A DNA stretch of 64,000 bases from Candidatus Woesebacteria bacterium (GTDB lineage Bacteria > Patescibacteriota > Microgenomatia > UBA8517). The position numbers and the translations under genes were made by a program. Location: assembly GCA_020060565.1 (NCBI GenBank), contig JAGVAE010000002.1:307270-371269 (forward strand), in the 5' to 3' direction. The notes under the pieces are model-generated. The model ran no database searches. It worked only from the letters and a program-made list of their open reading frames with translations, and was not told where the DNA came from. How positions within the stretch are numbered: position 1 is the first letter of the stretch; the number at the start of each line of letters is the position of its first letter. Shown here piece after piece: positions 36,696-46,185 of this stretch.

Positions 36696-38361
36696 TATTT
36701 ACTACATACTTGTGATTCTTTTGACTATTCCTGCCGTTTTTGCACTTTTTCATAATGGTTTTTATGGGGCATCAGATGATTTGCATATAGCTTGGCTTTT
36801 TGAGATGGATAAACTCTTTAAAATTGGACAGATTCCACCAAGGTTTGTGCCAGATCTGAGTTTTGGTTTTGGCTACCCTCTTTTTAATTTTGTATTTCCT
36901 TTCCCTTTCTATCTTGGGGAATTATTCCATACCATTGGCCTAAGTTTAGTAGATAGTGTGAAGGTGGTCTTTGGAATTTCTTTGGTTTTCTCGGGTTTGA
37001 TAATGTTTTTGTTTCTCAAGAATATAATCTCATCTTTACCCTTAAGTCTTTTAGGATCTTTAATCTATGTTTATGCTCCTTATAGATCAACAGATGTTTA
37101 TATAAGAGGAGCATTTGGCGAAGCTTTGTCTTTTGTTTTTTTACCCCTTCTTTTATATGGAATAATTAAGATTTTCAAGAATGTTAACAAAACAAATAGA
37201 GTTGATTGGAGAAATGCTGCCATCTCTGCTTTTGGACTGGGGATTTTGATACTTACTCACGACATAGTTTCATATATGTTTTTCCCTTTTTTCTTACTTC
37301 TTATACTTATGTTTTTTATCATTACAAACAGTTCGTCTCGCATTAGCTTTGTAATTAGTAGTGGAATTGGTATTGTGGGGGGGCTTCTTCTAAGTATTTA
37401 TTTCTGGTTTCCTGCAATCACTCAAAGCGGTCTTATGGCATTTAGTACTGTTTTTGATTTCAAAGATCACTATCCAACCATTAAGCAATTAATTACACCC
37501 TTCTTTGGTTATGGAGCTTCAGTCGCGGGGCCGCATGATGGTATGTCGTTTTTCTTGGGGGTGGGTAATATTGCTGCGATGGTTATTGGCTCAATAGTCG
37601 CTCTTTTCACTTGGAAAAAAATAGAGATCTTTCAAAAAATTGTAATTATTTGGGCGGTGATATCTTTTCTTTTGGCATTTTTCATGATGAATTATCGATC
37701 AACTTTTCTTTGGAACATTTTGCCCTTTTTGCCATATTTCCAATTTCCTTGGAGATTCTTAACCTTAACAACACTGGTGAGCTCTCTTTTTGTTATACCA
37801 ATCAGTATTATCAATAAAAAATATCTGATAGGAGCCCTGGTTACAGTTGGCTCTGTTTCATTAATTATTTTTAATCTGAATATTTTTAAGCCTCACGATT
37901 TTCTGGAAAGGCAAGACGAGTATTACTTAAATAGATATATTCCAATTCCTACAGCTAGTGACTCATATTTAGAAACACAAGAAGAATATCTAAGACTTCC
38001 CAAAAATACATTGGTAAGACCAGATAAAAACTACCCCCCACTTACTTCCGAAGCGAATTTTAATTACTCAGTTATTGAAACGAATGGAATTTATCTGAAA
38101 GCTAATGTGAGTGTTGGTAGTGGTAGTCAAGTTTCGTATAATAAGTATTACTTTCCTGGATGGAAAGCGTATGTTGATGGAAAAGAGGTAGAAATTAATA
38201 TTGGAAAACCTTTTGGACAAATATCAATAAATATTCCAAAAGGGGAGAGTATCGTTGAATTTGATTATAAAGAAACAACTCTTAATTTATTTCTAGATGG
38301 AATTTCCCTACTAACCTTAATAGCTTTGACGATGTTTCTTGTTAAGAAAAAGATCAGATGA
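36655..38361 (+). CDS. YfhO-like GT-C membrane glycosyltransferase, paralogue 2.
   Basis: 'HNGFYGASDDLHIAWLFEMDKLFKIGQIPPRFVPDLSFGFGYPLFNF' and a C-terminal 'YYFPGWKAYVDGKEVEINIGKPFGQISINIPKGESIVEFDY' (the YfhO-type C-terminal motif). It contains a G7 tract at 37377-37383. Confidence 0.45.
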   Translation: MFLSKKMLKFLKNNIYYILVILLTIPAVFALFHNGFYGASDDLHIAWLFEMDKLFKIGQIPPRFVPDLSFGFGYPLFNFVFPFPFYLGELFHTIGLSLVDSVKVVFGISLVFSGLIMFLFLKNIISSLPLSLLGSLIYVYAPYRSTDVYIRGAFGEALSFVFLPLLLYGIIKIFKNVNKTNRVDWRNAAISAFGLGILILTHDIVSYMFFPFFLLLILMFFIITNSSSRISFVISSGIGIVGGLLLSIYFWFPAITQSGLMAFSTVFDFKDHYPTIKQLITPFFGYGASVAGPHDGMSFFLGVGNIAAMVIGSIVALFTWKKIEIFQKIVIIWAVISFLLAFFMMNYRSTFLWNILPFLPYFQFPWRFLTLTTLVSSLFVIPISIINKKYLIGALVTVGSVSLIIFNLNIFKPHDFLERQDEYYLNRYIPIPTASDSYLETQEEYLRLPKNTLVRPDKNYPPLTSEANFNYSVIETNGIYLKANVSVGSGSQVSYNKYYFPGWKAYVDGKEVEINIGKPFGQISINIPKGESIVEFDYKETTLNLFLDGISLLTLIALTMFLVKKKIR

Positions 38362-40076
38362 AAAAAAATATAAAAAAAATAATAATACCTTTGTTGGTAG
38401 TTGTAGTTGGAGTCCTTGCGTCATTAACTCTTTTCAAACACAATTTTTATTTTAATATGCATGACGATCTTCAAATGATGCGTCAGCTGCAGCTGGAGAA
38501 ATGTTTTGCCGACGGACAAATACCGTGTCGCTGGGTACCTGATATGGGGTACGGTCATGGTTTTCCTCTTTTTAATTACTATCCGCAATTGCCCTATCTT
38601 TTCGGTCAAGTGTTCAGGCTTTTTGGCTTTGTTTTTAATGATGTGGCTAAGTTGACTTTTGCTTTGGGGATAATTGCGTCGGGAGTTGGCATGTATTTAA
38701 TGTCTAAGGAGTTTTTTGGAAAACTTGGTGGAATTTTGTCTGCGATTTTATATATTTGGGCACCATATCATTCTCTTGATATCTATGTACGAGGTGCAAT
38801 GAATGAATCCTGGGCTTTTGTTTGGTTTCCAATAATTCTTTGGGGGATATATAAGCTTGTTAAAGAGGGAAAAAATAAATACTTTATCATTCTTTCTCTT
38901 GCCATCTCCGCTCTTCTTTTGACTCACAACATTATGGTTATGATTTTTGTTCCCGTTGCAGCTCTTTGGACAATTGGATGGTTGGTGGCAGAAAAGAATT
39001 GGAAAATTATTATAAAACTTGGACTATCTGGGATCTTAAGCTTAGGCCTTTCTGCATTTTTCACCTTACCTGCAATTTTTGAACAAAAATATGTTCATAT
39101 AGATACGCTTGTAACGGGTTATTTCCAATATCATGCTCATTTTGCAACTATTTATCAACTTTTTATTTCCAGATTTTGGGGAGACGGACCTTCAGCCTTT
39201 GGGGTAAATGATGGTTTGGCGTTTCCTGTAGGACACGTGCATTGGATACTTGCAATTATAGTTACCATTCTTTTAGTAGTAAAAATCATCAAAACAAAAA
39301 AAATTATTAATTTTGATCTAATAGCTTTGTTTGCAATTTTAGTAGGGACAATGGGTGCATTTATGAGTCATCAAAGATCATTTTTTATATGGGAGAATTT
39401 ACCTGTTTTAGAATTTGTTCAGTTTCCATGGAGATTTTTGACCTTGAATGTATTGGGATATTCGATTGCAGGAGGAGCCTTGGTTTATTTGGTTAAGGAA
39501 ATTGGGTGGCTGAAAAAATCCATTTGGCAATATCTTTTGGTGGCGGCTATATCGCTTTTGGTAATAATAATTAATTGGAATTTCTTTAAACCTATTCACT
39601 CAGGACCCATGAGCGATGAGGAAAAATTCAGTGGTGAGGCTTGGAGAATTCAAACTCAGGCAGGTATTTTGGATTATTTACCAATTCAGGCTAAAGACGA
39701 CCCTCCATCGGCAAGAAATAGTCTGGTGGATGTTGTTGATGGGAAGGTCGAAGTTTCAAATGAGTCATATGGAACAGATTGGGCAAAGTTTGATTTAGAG
39801 ATTCAAAGCACAGAGGCAAAAATCAGAGTAAACATCTTTAATTATCCAATATGGAAAGCGTATGTTGATGGGGTAGAAACTAAAATATATGTGGATGACA
39901 ATGAGGAATGGGGCAGGATATATATTGATGTTTCCAGTGGAAATCGTGAAGTCTATTTAAAACTTAATAATACATCTCTTCGTAATGTAGCTAATGGAAT
40001 ATCGGTAGTTGCTTGGTTGGTTCTTATATCTTATTTTTTTTGGGGAAAGAAAATAATGAATGGTAGATTGACCTAA
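38358..40076 (+). CDS. YfhO-like GT-C membrane glycosyltransferase, paralogue 3.
   Basis: 'HNFYFNMHDDLQMMRQLQLEKCFADGQIPCRWVPDMGYGHGFPLFNYY' and a C-terminal 'NYPIWKAYVDGVETKIYVDDNEEWGRIYIDVSSGNREVYLK'. Confidence 0.45.
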   Translation: MKKNIKKIIIPLLVVVVGVLASLTLFKHNFYFNMHDDLQMMRQLQLEKCFADGQIPCRWVPDMGYGHGFPLFNYYPQLPYLFGQVFRLFGFVFNDVAKLTFALGIIASGVGMYLMSKEFFGKLGGILSAILYIWAPYHSLDIYVRGAMNESWAFVWFPIILWGIYKLVKEGKNKYFIILSLAISALLLTHNIMVMIFVPVAALWTIGWLVAEKNWKIIIKLGLSGILSLGLSAFFTLPAIFEQKYVHIDTLVTGYFQYHAHFATIYQLFISRFWGDGPSAFGVNDGLAFPVGHVHWILAIIVTILLVVKIIKTKKIINFDLIALFAILVGTMGAFMSHQRSFFIWENLPVLEFVQFPWRFLTLNVLGYSIAGGALVYLVKEIGWLKKSIWQYLLVAAISLLVIIINWNFFKPIHSGPMSDEEKFSGEAWRIQTQAGILDYLPIQAKDDPPSARNSLVDVVDGKVEVSNESYGTDWAKFDLEIQSTEAKIRVNIFNYPIWKAYVDGVETKIYVDDNEEWGRIYIDVSSGNREVYLKLNNTSLRNVANGISVVAWLVLISYFFWGKKIMNGRLT

Positions 40077-40085
40077 AAAAAGTAA

Positions 40086-40472
40086 ATGAAAATAATTGAG
40101 TTCGACCCGACTTATTTAAAAGACAATGGGCTTGTTGCGATTTATAATAAATCGGTTTTGTCGGGCAAAAACCTAGATTTTACTTTAGACGAAAGTGGTG
40201 TTATTGTTTTACCTCCAGATTCGGTTGGTGGCAATCATAAACATTTAAGAAGAGAGGCTTTTTATTCATTGGGAGATCTAAGGGTTTATTGGATAGATAA
40301 AAAAGGTAAAAAAATAAGTCAATCTATGGCTCCCATGAAGAATAAATATAAACTTTTCGTAGTCGAGCCTTACGAATCACATGTTATTAAAAATATATCT
40401 AATAAAGATCAGATTTTGGTAGAATATGCGTCTGTTCAGCAGTCTAATGTTGAACCTGTAAAAATTATATAG
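40086..40472 (+). CDS. Small hypothetical protein of 128 aa, possibly a cupin fold.
   Basis: The His/Glu spacing 'GGNHKHLRREAF ... YESHVIKN' is suggestive of a cupin metal site. Weak. Confidence 0.25.
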   Translation: MKIIEFDPTYLKDNGLVAIYNKSVLSGKNLDFTLDESGVIVLPPDSVGGNHKHLRREAFYSLGDLRVYWIDKKGKKISQSMAPMKNKYKLFVVEPYESHVIKNISNKDQILVEYASVQQSNVEPVKII

Positions 40473-40493
40473 CTTCCGTGCTACAATTTAAGG

Positions 40494-41987
40494 GTGAAAG
40501 ACGTAACTGAAGAGCACTTGGATCCGACCACTGAGATATCCATAGAGAATGTAAAGGAACGTTCTGTACGTGGTGTAGTGTTTCTTACTGGGAGGACTTT
40601 CCTACTTCAAATAATTAGTTTGGTTGCTCAACTTTTTTTGTTTGCCTACTTAGGTAAATACGAATTTGGGGTTTTTGCCATAGTTAGTGCTATTATTAAT
40701 TTCCTTGTTTATTTTTCAGATATTGGGTTGGCTGCAGCGTTAATTCAAAAAAAAGAAAAGCCAACAGATGCAGATTTAAAAACAACCTTTTTAGTTCAAC
40801 AGTTTTTAGTAATGACCATTATTGGAGTAGTTATTGCGCTAACTCCCTTTTTTAGTCAAAGGTATTCACTTAATACTGATGGACAGATACTCTTGTATGC
40901 ACTTGCAGGATCTCTTTTTCTTTCTTCTCTAAAAAGCATTCCATCCGTTCTTCTTGAAAGAAAACTGGAGTTTATAAAACTTGTCTTTCCACAGATTTTG
41001 GAGCAGGTTGTATATAACGTTATTTTGGTTATCTTGGCTATGAAAGGTTTTGGTCTTGCAAGTTTTACCTTTGCGGTTATTGCAAGGGGAGTAATTGGAG
41101 TAGTGGCAATTTATACTCTTCAGCCTTGGATTCCTGGATTCGCATTCTCAAGAAAAACTCTCTCGGGTTTATTTAAATTTGGAATTCCCTATCAGATAAA
41201 TACTTTTTTGGCTACTTTTAAGGATGATGGAATAACATTGATATTGGGTAGTATTCTGGGTCCTAGTGGAGTCGGTATTCTTTCCTTTGCTCAAAAAATA
41301 GCCAGACTTCCTTTAACATTTTTTATGGATACGGTTACACGTGTAACTTTTCCTGCATTTTCCCGTATGCAGGATGCAAAAGAGGATCTCAGGCGTAGTG
41401 TAACCAGATCAATATTCTTTATTTGTTTACTGGTTTTTCCTAGCTTGGTAGGGATATGTATTTTAGCTCCGATTTTGGTTAATGTGGTTCCAAGGTACAA
41501 TCAATGGGTTCCAGCCCTGGTTCCAATAGTATTTATTTCAATTAATTTTGTTTTTGCAGCAGCCACAACTCAACTTACCAATCTATTAAATGCTATTGGA
41601 AAAATTAAAATAACCTTTTACTTAATGATTATGTGGACAGCTCTAACATGGGCTTTTGTTCCTTTCTTAGCCCTTAAGTTTGGTGTGGTTGGAGCATCAA
41701 TCGGATATTCCTTAGTTGGAACGTCGTCTGTTATCGCCATTATTATTGCCAAAAGATACGTTGATTTTTCAATAACAGATTCGATAATGAAACCATTAAT
41801 AGGATCTGTGGTTATGGGAGCGGTGCTTCTTATAATGAGGAGATATTTGCCAGTTAGTATTGTATCAATGGAAATATTAGCAGTTTCAGGGTTGGTTATT
41901 TATATTGTTTCAATGGTTTCAATGGTTGGTCTAAGTCTAATAGAAGATGCTAAAAAAAGCTTTAAAACTATTTTCTCAAAGAATTAA
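40494..41987 (+). CDS. Wzx-like oligosaccharide/polysaccharide flippase (MOP superfamily). GTG start.
   Basis: About 12-14 transmembrane helices, and 'LLQIISLVAQLFLFAYLGKYEFGVFAIVSAIINFLVYFSDIGLAAALIQ' typical of the Wzx/RfbX N-terminus. Confidence 0.6.
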   Translation: MKDVTEEHLDPTTEISIENVKERSVRGVVFLTGRTFLLQIISLVAQLFLFAYLGKYEFGVFAIVSAIINFLVYFSDIGLAAALIQKKEKPTDADLKTTFLVQQFLVMTIIGVVIALTPFFSQRYSLNTDGQILLYALAGSLFLSSLKSIPSVLLERKLEFIKLVFPQILEQVVYNVILVILAMKGFGLASFTFAVIARGVIGVVAIYTLQPWIPGFAFSRKTLSGLFKFGIPYQINTFLATFKDDGITLILGSILGPSGVGILSFAQKIARLPLTFFMDTVTRVTFPAFSRMQDAKEDLRRSVTRSIFFICLLVFPSLVGICILAPILVNVVPRYNQWVPALVPIVFISINFVFAAATTQLTNLLNAIGKIKITFYLMIMWTALTWAFVPFLALKFGVVGASIGYSLVGTSSVIAIIIAKRYVDFSITDSIMKPLIGSVVMGAVLLIMRRYLPVSIVSMEILAVSGLVIYIVSMVSMVGLSLIEDAKKSFKTIFSKN

Positions 41988-43605
41988 TCTAATAATTCTG
42001 ATTCTTCTGGGGTCTATCTCATGGTCTTGGACGATGGTTAAGAGTGGTTGGCAATATTCTTACGGTCTTGGTTTTTGGGGAGCAAATGGACACGATGGAG
42101 TTTGGCATATTGCGCTATCTGAAAGCTTAAGTAGGGGGCTACTAAATATGCCTGTTTTTGCTGGAGCATCTTTACAAAATTACCATATTGGCTTTGATTT
42201 GATTTTAGCTCTACTTCATAAAATTGCTTTTATCCCCACCTCTGTTTTGTATTTTCAGATTTTACCTCCCATATTTGCATTGTTAATAGGTCTATTAACT
42301 TATGTGTTTACACTGAGTTGGACGAAGTCCAGTCGAAGTGCATGGTGGTCTACCTTTTTTGTTTATTTTGGTGGCAGTTTTGGTTGGGTGATTGGAAAAG
42401 GGGAATCAGTATTTTGGTCGCAACAAGCCATTTCAACTCTTGTAAATCCCCCCCTTGCTCTTTCTTTAATATTTTTACTATTAGGTTTAATTCTTATTAA
42501 AAAACTTGATGAGAAATTTACTACAGTTAACTTTATTTTGAGCATATTGGTCTTTGGAACCCTAATTGAGATTAAAGCGTATGCAGGAATAATGGGTCTT
42601 GGGGCACTTTTTGTTTCATCTGTCTACTCTTTGTTTATTAGAAAGAATATAAATTTATTGAAAGTTTTTGTAGGCGCATTTCTTCTATCTTTAGTGTTAT
42701 ATCTGCCATTAAATAAGAATTCGACGGGTCTTTTGGTTTTATCTCCCTTTTGGTTTTTAGAAACAATGATGGGGACGAACGATAGAGTTGACTGGCAAAA
42801 GTTTTATTCAGCAATGATGACGTACAAATCAGGAGGAGTTTTTGTAAAAGGGATACTTGCTTACGGAGTAGCTTTTGTTGTTTTTATTCTGGGAAATTTT
42901 GGAACAAGAATTATATTTCTTTTTAGAAAAATTAAAATTGATAAAATAAACATTTTTATTTATTCAATAATTGGAGCCGGGGTAGCAATTCCAATGCTTT
43001 TTCTTCAAAAAGGAACTCCTTGGAATACAATACAATTTTTTTACTATTCCTTGTTCTTTTCTTCAATTTTAGCAGGAATTGTTTTATCCAAAGTAAAAAG
43101 TAAAATAATTATATTGGTTGTTGTTTTGGCAACAATCCCCACAACTTTTATTACTTTAAAAGATGTTTTCGTCCCATCTCGTCCTCCCGCAATGCTTCCA
43201 CTAGATGAGCTTGCCGCACTTTCATTTTTATCAAAACAACCTGACGGAGTCGTTTTGACTAAACCTTTTGATTTCAATCGCGCAAAAGCTGCTGAAAATA
43301 ACCCCCCCAGGCCACTATATTTATATACTTCAACCGCTTATGTATCTGCGTTTTCGAAACAACAAACATTCTTAGAGGACGAGATTAACATAGATATTAC
43401 TGGATATAGTTGGAAAACCCGAAAGGATCAAGTTTTGGAATGGTATGAAAGTAAAGATGTATCAATGAGATCTAATTTTCTTATCGACAATGACATAAAA
43501 TATATTTATTGGTTGAAAGAAGATGATACCATGTTTTATTTGAATAAATTATCACTTACTAATATTTTTGAGAACAATTTGGTTATTGTTTATAGAGTCG
43601 AATAA
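41947..43605 (+). CDS. Polytopic membrane protein of 552 aa; candidate Wzy-like polymerase/ligase or another GT-C.
   Basis: Multi-pass protein directly downstream of the flippase. It carries two C7 tracts (42448-42454 and 43302-43308). No diagnostic motif. Confidence 0.3.
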   Translation: MLKKALKLFSQRINLIILILLGSISWSWTMVKSGWQYSYGLGFWGANGHDGVWHIALSESLSRGLLNMPVFAGASLQNYHIGFDLILALLHKIAFIPTSVLYFQILPPIFALLIGLLTYVFTLSWTKSSRSAWWSTFFVYFGGSFGWVIGKGESVFWSQQAISTLVNPPLALSLIFLLLGLILIKKLDEKFTTVNFILSILVFGTLIEIKAYAGIMGLGALFVSSVYSLFIRKNINLLKVFVGAFLLSLVLYLPLNKNSTGLLVLSPFWFLETMMGTNDRVDWQKFYSAMMTYKSGGVFVKGILAYGVAFVVFILGNFGTRIIFLFRKIKIDKINIFIYSIIGAGVAIPMLFLQKGTPWNTIQFFYYSLFFSSILAGIVLSKVKSKIIILVVVLATIPTTFITLKDVFVPSRPPAMLPLDELAALSFLSKQPDGVVLTKPFDFNRAKAAENNPPRPLYLYTSTAYVSAFSKQQTFLEDEINIDITGYSWKTRKDQVLEWYESKDVSMRSNFLIDNDIKYIYWLKEDDTMFYLNKLSLTNIFENNLVIVYRVE

Positions 43606-43632
43606 TTGATCAATTGGTGATACAATTTAGCC

Positions 43633-44532
43633 ATGGCATCAAAACTCTCAGTTGTTGTCAACACTTATAATGAAGCTAAGATTTTGCCGCAGGCTTTAAC
43701 CTCTGTCCGCGATTTGGTGGATGAGATAGTTATAATTGATATGGAGTCCTCTGATAATATTCATGAAATCGCTAAAAAGTTTGATGCTAAAGTTTTTTCC
43801 CATAAACACCTTGAATATGTTGAACCTGCAAGAAATTTTGGAACAAGTAAAGCTACGGGGGATTGGGTATTGGTTTTAGATCCTGATGAGGAAGTTTCGG
43901 ACACACTTGCCACAAAAATTAAAGAAATAATTAAAAATAACGAAGCTGATTATTGTAGAATCCCCAGAAAAAATATTATTTTTAACCACTGGATTGAGCA
44001 TGCTCACTGGTGGCCTGACTATAACATCAGGCTTTTTAGGAAAGGAGCGGTTTCGTGGAGTGAGGTAATTCATGCAGTACCTTTCACTCAAGGCAAGGGT
44101 ATTGATTTTGATGCAAAGGAAGACTTGGCAATAATACACCATCACTACGATTCGCTTGAGGGTTATGTGGAACGTATGAATAGATATACTTCAATTCAAG
44201 CTGACAGAAAAGTAAAAAGTGGATATAAATTTAGTTGGCGTGACATCTTAACAAAACCAACAAATGAATTTTTAAGTAGATATTTTGGAGATAAAGGCTA
44301 TAAAGATGGTATATACGGTTTAGCTCTATCACTTTTGCAGGGTTTTTCTGAACTTGTATTGTATTTAAAAATTTGGCAAGCAGATAAGTTTAAAGACGAG
44401 AAAGTTAGTTTAACTGAAATAATTAATGAAATGAGAGAAAAAGAACGTGATTTACATTACTGGCAGGGAGATTCAATGTATAAAGAATCGGGTGACATCA
44501 GAGACCGCGTTAGACGTAAGCTCCGTATTTAA
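43633..44532 (+). CDS. GT2 glycosyltransferase, paralogue family D (with 45457 and 59628).
   Basis: 'LSVVVNTYNEAKIL' and 'LDPDEE'. The C-terminal block 'HAHWWPDYNIRLFRKGAVSWS' is shared with the paralogues. Confidence 0.7.
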   Translation: MASKLSVVVNTYNEAKILPQALTSVRDLVDEIVIIDMESSDNIHEIAKKFDAKVFSHKHLEYVEPARNFGTSKATGDWVLVLDPDEEVSDTLATKIKEIIKNNEADYCRIPRKNIIFNHWIEHAHWWPDYNIRLFRKGAVSWSEVIHAVPFTQGKGIDFDAKEDLAIIHHHYDSLEGYVERMNRYTSIQADRKVKSGYKFSWRDILTKPTNEFLSRYFGDKGYKDGIYGLALSLLQGFSELVLYLKIWQADKFKDEKVSLTEIINEMREKERDLHYWQGDSMYKESGDIRDRVRRKLRI

Positions 44533-44533
44533 T

Positions 44534-45472
44534 ATGACCAAAAAAACTCCGAGTGTCTCAATAATAATTTTAACCACTAACGCGCTTGCCATGACCAAAG
44601 AACAGCTTTTGGATGTTGCCAAACTTGATGTTGATGGAATAAAGGCTGAATGTTTGGTTGTCGATAATGGAAGTGGAGATGGAACAGAAGATGCAATAAA
44701 GAACTACAAACTTCCCAATATGGAATATAAGTTTATTCAAAGTGGAGCCAATTTGGGGTTTGCGGGTGGAAATAATGTTGGAATAAAAGATGCGCTAAAA
44801 CGCGGCTTTGACTACATCCTTCTTATGAATAACGACCTTGTGTTGCCCAGGGATATTGTTACTAAATTGGTTGGATACATGGAAGAAGGTCCAGAAGTGG
44901 GAATAGCTTCACCTAAAATGTATTTTGCCAAAGGTTATGAATTCCACAAAGACAGGTATAAAGAGAGTGATAAAGGAAAAGTGTTTTGGTATGCTGGGGG
45001 AATCATAGACCGTGTTAATGTCTATACTTCCCATCGTGGTGTAGATGAAGTTGACCGAGGTCAATATGACAAAACTGAAGAAACAGATGTTGCCAATGGG
45101 GCGTGTGTAATAATTAGACGGGAAGTTTTTAAAAAGATTGGACTACTTGATCATTCATTTTTTTTGTATTGGGAAGATGCTGATTTTTCAGAACGAGCCA
45201 AACGCGCAGGTTATAAAATTATGTATTTCCCAGGAACTTGTATGTGGCACAAAGTTTCTGCTTCAACGGGCGGGTCTGGAAGCCCCACGAATGATTACTT
45301 TTTAACCAGAAATAGATTCTATTACTCCTTGCGATACTCTTCTTTGAGAACAAAATTTGCAGTTTTAAGAGATACTATTAGACTTATATTTATGGGACGT
45401 ACTTGGCAAAGATGGGGTGCTATCGATGCACTTTTAGGAAGAAAGGGGATGGGTCAATGGGCCAAAAGGTGA
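44534..45472 (+). CDS. GT2 glycosyltransferase (rhamnosyl/glucosyltransferase-like). Start at ATG 44534.
   Basis: 'VSIIILTTN', 'VVDNGSGDGT', 'LLMNNDLVL', 'YWEDADFSERA'. Confidence 0.75.
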   Translation: MTKKTPSVSIIILTTNALAMTKEQLLDVAKLDVDGIKAECLVVDNGSGDGTEDAIKNYKLPNMEYKFIQSGANLGFAGGNNVGIKDALKRGFDYILLMNNDLVLPRDIVTKLVGYMEEGPEVGIASPKMYFAKGYEFHKDRYKESDKGKVFWYAGGIIDRVNVYTSHRGVDEVDRGQYDKTEETDVANGACVIIRREVFKKIGLLDHSFFLYWEDADFSERAKRAGYKIMYFPGTCMWHKVSASTGGSGSPTNDYFLTRNRFYYSLRYSSLRTKFAVLRDTIRLIFMGRTWQRWGAIDALLGRKGMGQWAKR

Positions 45473-46185
45473 CACTATCAGTAATAATTCTTCAAGGTGG
45501 CAATTATGACAAAGAGTTGTTTGTTAATTGCCTGGATTCTGTTTCTTTTGCAGATGAAATTATAAAAGTAGAAACTGACAATTTAAAAGGTTCTTTCTCA
45601 GACTTCAGAAATAGTGGAGCAAAGATGGCAAAAGGCGAATGGCTATTGTATGTAGATACTGATGAGATTGTTACATCTGAACTCAAAAAGGAAGTAGAAA
45701 AAACGATTCAGAACAATGATTTTTGCGCTTATGCAATTCCAAGACGCAATATTGTTTTGGGACGGGAAATGAAACACTGTGGACTATGGCCAGATTATGT
45801 TTTAAGACTCATTAAGAAAGACTGTTTAGTTAGCTGGGAGGGTAAGTTGCATGAACAACCCAAAATTAATGGCAAGACGGGATATTTAAAGGAACCATTG
45901 ATTCATAAGAAACATGATGATATTGCTGGGATGGTAGAAAAGACGAATAAATGGTCAGAGGTTGAAGGAAGGCTTATGTTCGAAGCTCATCATCCTCCAA
46001 TGAATTTTTTTAGATTTGTTTCTGCTGGACTTCGTGAGTTTTGGCAAAGAATGATTCTCCAAACGGCTTTTTTAGACGGAACGGAAGGAACCATTTATGG
46101 GCTTTATCAAGTTTATAGTAGACTAATCTCATACTCAAAACTTTGGGAGATGCAGATACAAAAAAATGAAGGCGGCAATATATAA
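45457..46185 (+). CDS. GT2 glycosyltransferase, family D paralogue. Start at ATG 45457.
   Basis: 'LSVIILQGGN', 'VDTDEIV', 'KHCGLWPDYVLRLIKKDCLVSW'. Confidence 0.65.
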   Translation: MGQKVTLSVIILQGGNYDKELFVNCLDSVSFADEIIKVETDNLKGSFSDFRNSGAKMAKGEWLLYVDTDEIVTSELKKEVEKTIQNNDFCAYAIPRRNIVLGREMKHCGLWPDYVLRLIKKDCLVSWEGKLHEQPKINGKTGYLKEPLIHKKHDDIAGMVEKTNKWSEVEGRLMFEAHHPPMNFFRFVSAGLREFWQRMILQTAFLDGTEGTIYGLYQVYSRLISYSKLWEMQIQKNEGGNI

